A stretch of 14,594 nt of DNA, from assembly GCA_037481835.1 (NCBI GenBank), contig JBBFKW010000012.1:1-14594 (forward strand), in the 5' to 3' direction. This stretch comes from Desulfosoma sp. (lineage in GTDB: Bacteria; Desulfobacterota; Syntrophobacteria; Syntrophobacterales; DSM-9756). The position numbers and the translations under genes are program-made. This document shows, piece by piece, positions 1-7,597 of the stretch; the stretch's first letter is position 1, and the number at the start of each line of letters is the position of its first letter. Under the pieces are notes generated by a model. The model was not told the DNA's origin and made no database searches. It saw nothing but the letters and a program-made list of their open reading frames with translations.

Positions 1-61
1 ACGAACCATGAAAGTCCTGCCCTGCCGGATTCCAACTGCGACTTTCACATTAACCCTTGGA

Positions 62-100
62 TGAAAAATGCAGCGTGGGGGGAACGCACCGGCCCCACGC
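62..100 (-). terminator. Possible intrinsic terminator downstream of the AcuB-like gene
   Basis: 8-bp inverted repeat GCGTGGGG (73-80) / CCCCACGC (93-100) with a 12-nt loop, followed on the minus strand by TGCATTTTT. The loop is long and the U-tract is offset. Confidence 0.35.
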
Positions 101-167
101 CCCGCCGGTCACCCCTTTTTCCATCACGGCCCCGCGAGCCCTGCGCACTAAGCCCCCCCCGATGGGA

Positions 168-836
168 TCACGGAAGATAGGGGGTGAGGTCGTCCACATA
201 CTTGGTGATCACTTTGAAGCCGCGTTCGGTGAGGACCTGGACGGCCTTTTCCTGCACGGCGATGTTCACCCGAAGGATGAGCTGCCACAGATCCTGGAAG
301 TCCCGGAGGGGAAACGTCATCACACTGCGGATGTTGATCCCGGCTTCCTGCATGGCGCGCCCGACTTCCGCAAGAATCCCGATGCGGTCTCGAACGATGA
401 TGGTCAACCGGGTGCTGTCTTCGCCCATGCCCAGGGCCTGGAGGAGCACTTCCATGAGGTCCGTGGAGGTGATGATGCCCACCACCTTGTCGTTTTGCAG
501 GACGGGAAGGGCGCCGATGCGGTGGGCGTGGAGGATGCTGGCCGCCCGTTCGATGGTCATGTCGGGGCTCGCCGTCAGAACCTTCTTGGTCATGATGGCT
601 TCCACTTTGAGCTTTTGCAGGACATAGGTCAGCTCGTAGACGCTCAGCGTGCTTGCCGGGGACGCCCAGGCTTCCTTGAGATCCCGATCCGTCACAATCC
701 CCAGCAGCCGGGCCTTGCCGTCCGTGACCGGAAGGTGGGAAATCTTCTTGGAGTCCATGATTTCGCGCGCTCTGAGCACGGGTGTGTCCGGAGAAATCGT
801 CACCAAATTGGTTTTCATATGCCAGCCGACGTACAT
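168..836 (-). CDS. acuB: CBS-pair plus ACT domain protein (AcuB family), 222 aa
   Basis: ATG at 836 (MYVGWHMKTN) with strong SD AAGGAGGT (851-844). Two CBS repeats (ISHLPV...LLGIVTDRDL; IGALPV...VVGIITSTDL) and a C-terminal ACT domain (DRIGILAEV...GINIRSV). Confidence 0.88.
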   Translation of the reverse strand: MYVGWHMKTNLVTISPDTPVLRAREIMDSKKISHLPVTDGKARLLGIVTDRDLKEAWASPASTLSVYELTYVLQKLKVEAIMTKKVLTASPDMTIERAASILHAHRIGALPVLQNDKVVGIITSTDLMEVLLQALGMGEDSTRLTIIVRDRIGILAEVGRAMQEAGINIRSVMTFPLRDFQDLWQLILRVNIAVQEKAVQVLTERGFKVITKYVDDLTPYLP

Positions 837-1111
837 ACCTGCCACCTCCTTGTTCCAACGCATGAGGGAAAAATCCCGCGCCACCGCCCGCCGTGAAAAA
901 CCGTTCGATTCGCTAAAATTATAATCTTTTTCGACGAAATCTTCTAACCTTTTCGAAAACCGTGGGCCAAGGAGGCGCCGAACAGGGTTGCCGTGCCGGT
1001 GCTTTTCGGACCAGGCGTCTTAAATTGACAAAAAATACGGTATGTTTTTCCGGGACGCCCCCTTTGGCGTTGCGGTGATCCAAGGGCGGTTTGGCGCAGG
1101 GAGGAGCAGGC

Positions 1112-1519
1112 ATGGGATCGAAACACGGAGAAGATCGGGCGCTTTTCGAGGCGCTCCGCGAAGAAGTGGCCGCCTGGGAAACTTCACCCTACTTTCTTCC
1201 CGAGGAAGAACTGTTCGACCTGGAGCGGTTCCTGAAAGACAGGGGGGCCGATGAGCTTTGTCTTCGGCTGGAAGAAACCTTCGGGCGCCCGCTCAACGCC
1301 TCCTTCTGGCGAACTCTTTTGCCCTACCACAAGCTGCGCCGGGTTCGTTTGGAAATTCGAAAAGAGGAGGCGGAGCACGATCGGAAGCGCGCGCTCTATC
1401 TGGAATCCGTCAAAGAGGCCCGGCGAGCCCTTCGGGACCTTTTGGAACTTCTCGCGGAGGACGAAAAAAAGCCGACCCTTCGCCTTGTGCGCCCTTCCGA
1501 CTCCCATAAAGACGGCTAG
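1112..1519 (+). CDS. Hypothetical helical/coiled-coil protein, 135 aa
   Basis: ATG at 1112 preceded by GGGAGGAG (1099-1106). Protein-like E/L/R-rich composition, unlike the overlapping shadow ORFs. No family recognised. Confidence 0.75.
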   Translation: MGSKHGEDRALFEALREEVAAWETSPYFLPEEELFDLERFLKDRGADELCLRLEETFGRPLNASFWRTLLPYHKLRRVRLEIRKEEAEHDRKRALYLESVKEARRALRDLLELLAEDEKKPTLRLVRPSDSHKDG

Positions 1520-1768
1520 GGCCCTTTCAGCCCAAAGAAATTCCAGCCGTTTTATGGACCTTCACGACCATGGGCGCTCTCGCCCGCGGGCGCCGCACGG
1601 GTGAAAAGGCCAGGCCACGTGCCTTCTCGTGTCGGAACCGGCCCGCCGGAGAGGATCACGCCAGGGGCCGCTTCTTCGGACCATGGAACGCCTCGCGGTG
1701 AGGCGGGAGAAAGCGGCTCTTCAGGATCGGTTATTTTGGGGAGCGCGCTGCGGCCGTCGACCCCGGGG

Positions 1769-1790
1769 AAAATCCCGAAGGTTTTCGGGA
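1769..1790 (-). terminator. Probable intrinsic terminator of the GAF-mreB-Cys protein unit
   Basis: The minus strand reads TCCCGAA-AACC-TTCGGGA-TTTT: a 7-bp stem, 4-nt loop and short U run, beginning 8 nt after the stop at 1799. Confidence 0.55.
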
Positions 1791-1798
1791 GGCGGACG

Positions 1799-1999
1799 TT
1801 AGCGCACATCCGATCGGCATGCGAGGATGCGGTCCCCGTCCAGGAACCGCACGGCGATGTGATCGACTCCCCGCGCCTTGAGAATGGCGCAGGTGACATT
1901 CAAAGCGCAGTGCCCGACGCAAATCGTATCGTTTCGGTTGAACTCTCCGTAGCAATCCATTTTGTTCTGAACTTCCGATGCCGTGAACACTTTTTCCAT
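1799..1999 (-). CDS. Small Cys-rich protein (C-x10-C-x3-C-x5-C), 66 aa, putative metal/Fe-S binding
   Basis: ATG at 1999 with SD AAGGAG (2013-2008) abutting the mreB stop. Motif CYGEFNRNDTICVGHCALNVTC. Followed directly by a terminator-like hairpin. Confidence 0.7.
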   Translation of the reverse strand: MEKVFTASEVQNKMDCYGEFNRNDTICVGHCALNVTCAILKARGVDHIAVRFLDGDRILACRSDVR

Positions 2000-2013
2000 G
2001 GAGGCGGCTCCTT

Positions 2014-3036
2014 TTAGTTCACGAAGACATCCCGGAAATAGCTAAAGTGCTCGATGACCGACCCGGCCCCCCGCACCACGGCGGTGAGCGGATCGTCGGA
2101 GATGTTCACCTTGAGTCCGGTTTCCTGTTCCAGGAGGCGGTCCAGCCCTTTGATGAGCGCCCCGCCGCCGGCCAGCCAGAAACCGTTTTGGCCGATGTCC
2201 GCGGCCAGTTCCGGCGGAGTTTTTTCCAGGGCTCGGCGAACCGATTCCACGATGACATGGATCGGTTCCTGAATGGCGAAACGCACTTCTTCGTCGGTGA
2301 GCGTGAACGTCTTGGGGATGCCGGTGACGATGTCCTTGCCGGGGACTTCCAGCTTCATGGGCTTTTCCAGGGGGATGGCCGAACCGATTTGGATCTTGAT
2401 GTTTTCGGCCAGCACCTCGCTGATGATCATCTGCCTTTCCCGCTGGACGTAACGCATGATGGCTTCGTTGGCCTCGTCGCCGGCCACCCGCACGGATTCA
2501 CTGTAGGCCACGGCGAACATGGAGATGACCGCCACTTCGGTGGTGCCGCCGCCGATATCCACCACCATGCTCCCGATGGGCTGATCCACGGGAAGCCCCG
2601 TGCCGATGGCGGCCGCCATGGGTTCTTCCACCAAATGGACGCGCCCCGCTCCCGCCTGTTCCGCCGCTTCCATGACCGCCCGCTTTTCCACGGAGGTGAT
2701 TCCCGTCGGGACGGCCACCACGAGCTTGGGCTTGACCAGGGGACGGCGGGAGAGAACGCGGGAGAGAAAAGCCTTGATCATGACGCTGGTGACTTCGAAA
2801 TCGGCGATGACCCCGTCTTTGAGAGGGCGGATGGCCACCACCTTTTCGGAGGTCCGACCCATGAGGCTCTTGGCCTCCTTGCCCACAGCCACCACCCTGT
2901 GGTTGTCCCTGTCGATGGCGACCACTGAGGGCTCGTTGAGGACAATTCCTTTGCCTTTAAGGTAAATGAGGGTGTTGGCGGTGCCCAAGTCCATGGCCAG
3001 GTCTTTGGCCAGAAAACCGAGAAGCCTCTCCAGCAT
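2014..3036 (-). CDS. mreB: Rod shape-determining actin-like protein MreB (stand-alone paralogue), 340 aa
   Basis: Motifs DLAMDLGTANT, EPSVVA, IRPLKDGVIADF, EEPMAAAIG, VDIGGGTTEVA and LAGGGALIKG. N-terminal amphipathic helix MLERLLGFL. ATG at 3036 with purine-rich SD AAGAAGGGGT. Confidence 0.95.
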   Translation of the reverse strand: MLERLLGFLAKDLAMDLGTANTLIYLKGKGIVLNEPSVVAIDRDNHRVVAVGKEAKSLMGRTSEKVVAIRPLKDGVIADFEVTSVMIKAFLSRVLSRRPLVKPKLVVAVPTGITSVEKRAVMEAAEQAGAGRVHLVEEPMAAAIGTGLPVDQPIGSMVVDIGGGTTEVAVISMFAVAYSESVRVAGDEANEAIMRYVQRERQMIISEVLAENIKIQIGSAIPLEKPMKLEVPGKDIVTGIPKTFTLTDEEVRFAIQEPIHVIVESVRRALEKTPPELAADIGQNGFWLAGGGALIKGLDRLLEQETGLKVNISDDPLTAVVRGAGSVIEHFSYFRDVFVN

Positions 3037-3117
3037 CGATACCCCTTCTTCACAATGGCGGAAATGTCTTAAACGCCGCGGCAACTGGCGTGAGTCTAGT
3101 CATTGGGTGTGAGGAGG

Positions 3118-4590
3118 TCAATTTGAAATTTTTTCGGGAGCCGACGGCGCCTGCGTGGATTCCTTCGCCCCGCTGTGGAGCGCTTCGAAGAGCCGCTGGC
3201 AGGCGCTCATCCACAACTCGTCGAAGGTCACGCCGTCTTGGGGCATTTGGGATGCCCCGACAAAGGTCTTCAGAGCCAGTTTCTTCTTCTTGGGCCCGGG
3301 CAGGCGCCGGCACACCCGGCCGACGTTTTCGGCCACGGCCAAAAGATCGCGCAGTTCCCCTCCAAGGGCCAAAAGCCCGCAGCGGTTCTGCGCCAGCCGC
3401 CCCACCACGATCCCCGGCGGCACCTGCATCCTCAAGCTTTCCATCAACGCCTTTTCCCACACGTCCAGCTCGGAGGGCGGGATCACCGCCTGAGCGTACT
3501 GCCACGGCTCGTACTGCAGGATCACCAGAGCCAGGGGTTCGCTGTTCTGGACCGCCGCATGCACCGCCTCTTTCGCCTGAGCGGCGAAGCTCCATGGGTT
3601 CAAAAAACCGCTGGCCCCGTCCCGGCACGTCCATTCGGCGTAGCTTTGCCGATAATGCCACCGCTCGTAGAAGGCTTCGAAGATCCTGAAAGTCTTTTGC
3701 ACGGCGACCTTGTCATCCTGGGTCAGGGCAAGCCGCCTCTTGCCGAGGAGGGCCAAACCCAGGGATCCCAGTTCCGCCGACCCGCCGCACAACACCCACA
3801 GGGACCCTTGGTGCGGAAGGTGTTCCCCGGAAAGGAACAGGTAGTGGTCGGGGGATTCGGGGTTCAAGGCGGGAATGAAAACGCCTTTGCCCGCCTCCAA
3901 GGCTTCAATAACCAGGCCTTTTTCATCCCGCCCGATGGGGGTTTGGAGCAGCCTTTGGGGGACCTTGCCGGCGGCGGCGGTGATGCGATAGGCCTTGTCG
4001 GCACAGCCTCGACTGACGAGAAAGGCGTAATCCGCCCGGACATAGTCCGCGCAGCCCTGCACCAAGGCTTGCGCCGCCTCGGTTTGGCTGCGGGTTTTTT
4101 CCCACGCCTCCGTCAAGTCATGCCACAGGGTCAGGATCCGGGAAAAACTTTCCCTTTCCTGGAGCCGATGGTACTGATCCAGGAGCTGTTCAAGAATCCG
4201 CGCCGTTTCGTGAATCCACTTCTGCTGCTTGTCGTTGAAACCCCAGTGGCGCTTGGTGTCTACGTACAGAAGGCCTTGGTCCCCGGCGACCGGTGTGGCC
4301 AAAAGCCCCTTGATCCCCTGTTCCCCCTCACGATAAAAAGGAAGGGAGCCTGCGAGCCCCTCCACTTCCACCTTGCCCAGATGCACCGTGTGCCCGACCT
4401 TGTGGACTTGCGAAAGGATGCCGCTGCCGTCTTTCGGCAGACTCAAGGTCCGTTGGAGGTGCTTGCTCAGGGATTGACAGGTCACAAGCTTGAAGCTGCT
4501 TTTGAGCGGATCCAACACGAAAAAGGCGACCGTGTAGGCATCCAGCACGTTGCTCAGCCAGTTGACCACCGATTGGAACGTGGGCATCAT
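3118..4590 (-). CDS. GAF-GAF-degenerate GGDEF-like domain protein, about 490 aa
   Basis: N-terminal GAF (GIKGLLATPV...GLLYVDTKRHWGFNDKQQ) and a second GAF-like region (KGLVIEALEAGKGVFI...LTQDD). The C-terminus follows the GGDEF-domain layout (DGASGFLN...PLALVIL...VVGRLAQNRC...VGASQMPQDG...L..ACQRLFEA) without the GG(D/E)EF signature. Start chosen at ATG 4590 after GAAAGGG. Confidence 0.8.
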   Translation of the reverse strand: MMPTFQSVVNWLSNVLDAYTVAFFVLDPLKSSFKLVTCQSLSKHLQRTLSLPKDGSGILSQVHKVGHTVHLGKVEVEGLAGSLPFYREGEQGIKGLLATPVAGDQGLLYVDTKRHWGFNDKQQKWIHETARILEQLLDQYHRLQERESFSRILTLWHDLTEAWEKTRSQTEAAQALVQGCADYVRADYAFLVSRGCADKAYRITAAAGKVPQRLLQTPIGRDEKGLVIEALEAGKGVFIPALNPESPDHYLFLSGEHLPHQGSLWVLCGGSAELGSLGLALLGKRRLALTQDDKVAVQKTFRIFEAFYERWHYRQSYAEWTCRDGASGFLNPWSFAAQAKEAVHAAVQNSEPLALVILQYEPWQYAQAVIPPSELDVWEKALMESLRMQVPPGIVVGRLAQNRCGLLALGGELRDLLAVAENVGRVCRRLPGPKKKKLALKTFVGASQMPQDGVTFDELWMSACQRLFEALHSGAKESTQAPSAPEKISN

Positions 4591-4663
4591 CGCCGGGGCC
4601 CTTTCACCCAAAGAGAACACAGCCTGGCGGCAGGCGGGATCCATAAGCTTCTTCCCGCCCGGC

Positions 4664-4693
4664 ATACTGGAGGAAAGGTCCTCACTCTGTCAA
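4664..4693 (-). promoter_or_regulatory. Putative sigma70 promoter for the GAF-mreB unit
   Basis: Minus strand TTGACA (4693-4688), 18-nt spacer, CAGTAT (4669-4664), located in the divergent intergenic region. Confidence 0.4.
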
Positions 4694-4706
4694 TAAGGCA
4701 ATGGCC

Positions 4707-6506
4707 ATGGGCAAAATCAAAGTCCTTTCCGATCATCTGTGCAACCAGATCACCGCGGGCGAAGTGGTGGAAAGGCCGGCCGCCGTGGTCAAAGAACTGG
4801 TGGAAAACAGCGTGGATGCCGGCGCTCTGCGGATCCGCGTCTACCTCCAGAAGGGAGGCCGGTCCCTTGTGCGGGTGGTGGACGACGGCGAAGGCATGAG
4901 CCCGGAAGATGCGCTGCTCGCCCTGGAAAGGCACGCCACCAGCAAAATCGCCACAGCCGAGGACCTCCAGGCCATCCGGTCCATGGGGTTTCGAGGCGAA
5001 GCCCTGCCGAGCATCGCCGCCGTCAGCCGCTTGGAAATGGTCACGCGGGAAAAGGAGGCTGTCTGCGGAACGCGCATCGTGGTGGAAGGAGGAACCATCC
5101 GCAGCGTGGAGGAGGTGGGCTGTCCCGCCGGGACGAGCATCACCGTGCGCGATCTTTTTTACAACGTGCCGGCTCGACGGAAATTCCTGCGCACCGTGGA
5201 AACCGAAACAGCTCATATTTCGGACATGTTTCTCCGGCTGGCCCTGGCCCAGAGCGACCTCTACTGGCAGCTCGTCCACCACGACCGCACGGTGCACGAT
5301 TTTCCCAAAGCGGCGTCCCTGCACGACCGAGTCTACCACGTCTTCGGCGCCGCTCTTGCCAAGTCCTTGATCCCCGTGGATTTTCAATCGGAACACGCGG
5401 CCGTGCGGGGCTTGATCGGCCCACCCGAGCTCCAGCGGGCCAATGCGCGAAGCCTCTTCCTTTTCGTGAACAAGCGGCCGGTCAAAGACAATCTGCTCAC
5501 CCACGCCGTCCTCACCGCCTACGACACGCTCCTGCCCAAAGGGGCCTATCCCTTCGCCGTTCTCTTTGTGGATGTCCCGCCCCGCCTTGTGGACGTAAAC
5601 GTTCATCCCACAAAGCGGGAAGTGCGCTTTCGGGATCCCCCTCTCGTGCTGGACGTGGTGCGCCGGGCCCTGGCCCAAGGGCTGGAATCGGCCATGAAGG
5701 CTTCCTGGAGCCGGCCCTTCTACGCGTCTTTGGAAAGCTCTCGACCCACGGCCGCCGCTGCCGGCGCGGCGGAAGGACGAGCCGGGTTGGGAGCCGTCCC
5801 CCCGTGGACGGCTCCCGGGTCCGGGGCACAGCGCGAAACCATCCCCATCCCATGGATGACCCGCCTTCCGGACGGATCCCCGGCCTGGGATCCGTCCCGC
5901 GAGGAACGGCCCCTCGAGGCGGGCGCTCCTCCCGCCTTTTCGTCCCTGAGGATCCTGGGGCAGCTCGCCTGCGCCTATATCCTTGTGGAAGCCCCCGACG
6001 GGCTCATCCTCATCGACCAACACGCCGCCCATGAACGCATCTCCTATGAGCGGCTGAGGGCCGGTTCGGAATCGGCAGGCTCTCAGCGGCTCGCCCCTCC
6101 CGTGGTCCTGGACCTCCCGCCCCTGGAAGCGGACGCTCTCGGACGGTGGCTCCCCCAATTGCAATCCCTGGGCTTCGACATCGAACCTTTCGGCGGCGGC
6201 TCCTTCGTCATCCACGCCATGCCGGCCGCACTCAAGCAGGCGGACCCGGCAGATCTGATCCGCCGCCTTGCGGAAAGCACCCCCGCCGAAGAGCGCCGTC
6301 CCCGCGTGGACCTCCTGGAAAAGCTCGCCCACACGGCCGCCTGCCATGGGTCGGTTCGAGCGGGTCAGCGGCTGAACATGGAAGAGATGCGACAGCTCCT
6401 CAAGGACCTGGACGCCGCCCGCCTTTCCGCCACGTGCCCTCATGGAAGACCCCTGTGGTGGAAAATCACCTTGGACCAAATCCAGCGCTTCTTCCAAAGA
6501 ACATGA
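4707..6506 (+). CDS. mutL: DNA mismatch repair endonuclease MutL, about 599 aa
   Basis: GHKL ATPase motifs (AGEVVERPAAVVKELVENS, HATSKI, GFRGEAL), DVNVHPTKREVRF, endonuclease motif DQHAAHERISYE, ACH and CPHGRP. Start is 4707 (TAAGG 8 nt upstream) or the in-frame ATG at 4701. Confidence 0.97.
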   Translation: MGKIKVLSDHLCNQITAGEVVERPAAVVKELVENSVDAGALRIRVYLQKGGRSLVRVVDDGEGMSPEDALLALERHATSKIATAEDLQAIRSMGFRGEALPSIAAVSRLEMVTREKEAVCGTRIVVEGGTIRSVEEVGCPAGTSITVRDLFYNVPARRKFLRTVETETAHISDMFLRLALAQSDLYWQLVHHDRTVHDFPKAASLHDRVYHVFGAALAKSLIPVDFQSEHAAVRGLIGPPELQRANARSLFLFVNKRPVKDNLLTHAVLTAYDTLLPKGAYPFAVLFVDVPPRLVDVNVHPTKREVRFRDPPLVLDVVRRALAQGLESAMKASWSRPFYASLESSRPTAAAAGAAEGRAGLGAVPPWTAPGSGAQRETIPIPWMTRLPDGSPAWDPSREERPLEAGAPPAFSSLRILGQLACAYILVEAPDGLILIDQHAAHERISYERLRAGSESAGSQRLAPPVVLDLPPLEADALGRWLPQLQSLGFDIEPFGGGSFVIHAMPAALKQADPADLIRRLAESTPAEERRPRVDLLEKLAHTAACHGSVRAGQRLNMEEMRQLLKDLDAARLSATCPHGRPLWWKITLDQIQRFFQRT

Positions 6507-7522
6507 CACACCGGTCCGAAACGTCGCCACCGAATCCCGGGAAAGCGGCCTCGTCGCCGGAGCCCCCAACGTCCCCGCCTCCCGGAGCCTTGCCCATCGT
6601 CCTCATCGCAGGCCCCACGGCGGTGGGAAAGACGGCCCTGTCCCTGGATCTGGCCGAAAAGCTGGCAACGGAAATCATCAACGCCGATTCCATGCAGGTC
6701 TATCGATACATGGACATCGGCACGGCCAAGCCGACCGCCGAAGAACGGGCCCGCATTCGGCATCACCTCGTGGACGTGGTGGACCCCGACGAACACTACG
6801 ACGCCGCCCTTTTTGTCGAGCAGGCCCGACCCGTCATCGACGCCCTTCACGCCCAGGGCAAGATCCCCCTCGTCGTCGGCGGCACGGGGCTTTACATGAA
6901 GGCGCTCACCCGAGGCCTGTGCCCGGGACCCGCCGCCGATCCCGAAATCCGCCGCGCACTCCTTCAGGACCTGGAACGGCACGGGCTTGGGTTTCTTTAC
7001 CAAGAGCTTCGCCGCGTGGACCCGGTTTGCGCCGCCAAGATCCATCCCAACGACCGCCAGCGGATCGTGCGGGCTCTGGAAGTCTTTCGGAGCACCGGCG
7101 TGGCCCTTTCCCAATGGCAGGACGCCCACGGCTTCCGCCACAGCCTCTATCGAACCGTGAAAATCGCCCTCTGCCGAGAACGGCGCGATCTGCACGAACG
7201 CATCCATCGGCGGGTGCTCGCCATGATGGACCAGGGGCTTCTGGACGAGGTGCGACGTCTTCTCCAGAGGGGCTATCCCTGCACCCTGAAGTCCATGCAA
7301 TCCCTGGGGTATCGACACATGTGCCTGTTTCTCGCCGGAAAGGTTTCTCTGGACGAAGCGGTAAGGCTCATGCAAAGGGACACGCGCCGCTACGCCAAGA
7401 GGCAGCTCACCTGGTTCAAGGGGGATGCCGAATTCCGATGGTTTCACGCCGATGAGCCCCAAAAGATCACGGCGTGGGTCCTGCAGGCCCTGGATCAGGC
7501 GAGATGCCGGTTTACGCTGTAA
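6503..7522 (+). CDS. miaA: tRNA dimethylallyltransferase MiaA, 339 aa
   Basis: Motifs GPTAVGKT, DSMQVY...DIGTAKP, VGGTGLY, IHPNDRQRIVRALEV and TRRYAKRQLTWF. ATGA overlap with the mutL stop; mutL-miaA is a well-known gene pair. Confidence 0.97.
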   Translation: MTHRSETSPPNPGKAASSPEPPTSPPPGALPIVLIAGPTAVGKTALSLDLAEKLATEIINADSMQVYRYMDIGTAKPTAEERARIRHHLVDVVDPDEHYDAALFVEQARPVIDALHAQGKIPLVVGGTGLYMKALTRGLCPGPAADPEIRRALLQDLERHGLGFLYQELRRVDPVCAAKIHPNDRQRIVRALEVFRSTGVALSQWQDAHGFRHSLYRTVKIALCRERRDLHERIHRRVLAMMDQGLLDEVRRLLQRGYPCTLKSMQSLGYRHMCLFLAGKVSLDEAVRLMQRDTRRYAKRQLTWFKGDAEFRWFHADEPQKITAWVLQALDQARCRFTL

Positions 7523-7597
7523 GCGAAATGGGCTAGCATGCCGCGGCTCCGTGGCCCAAGGCCGGAGCGGATTCTTCGAAAGCGACCGTGGAGACTC

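Noticed and set aside
1..9. Possible start of a minus-strand gene (ATG GTT CGT) running off the left edge, with AGGA upstream
   Set aside because: Only three codons are visible, so it cannot be supported.
57..896. 279-aa plus-strand ORF and other frames over acuB
   Set aside because: Antisense/shadow ORFs of a GC-rich gene; no motifs or SD.
2014..3036. MreB-like gene as MamK or a plasmid actin
   Set aside because: The motifs and N-terminal amphipathic helix are typical MreB, and there are no magnetosome or partition genes nearby.
3175..4899. 574-aa plus-strand ORF opposite the GAF gene
   Set aside because: Codon-mirror antisense ORF typical of high-GC3 genes; overlaps two well-supported genes.
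6503..6590. Pro/Ser-rich MiaA N-terminal extension with TSPP-like repeats
   Set aside because: Most likely a neutral disordered linker arising from the ATGA-coupled start.
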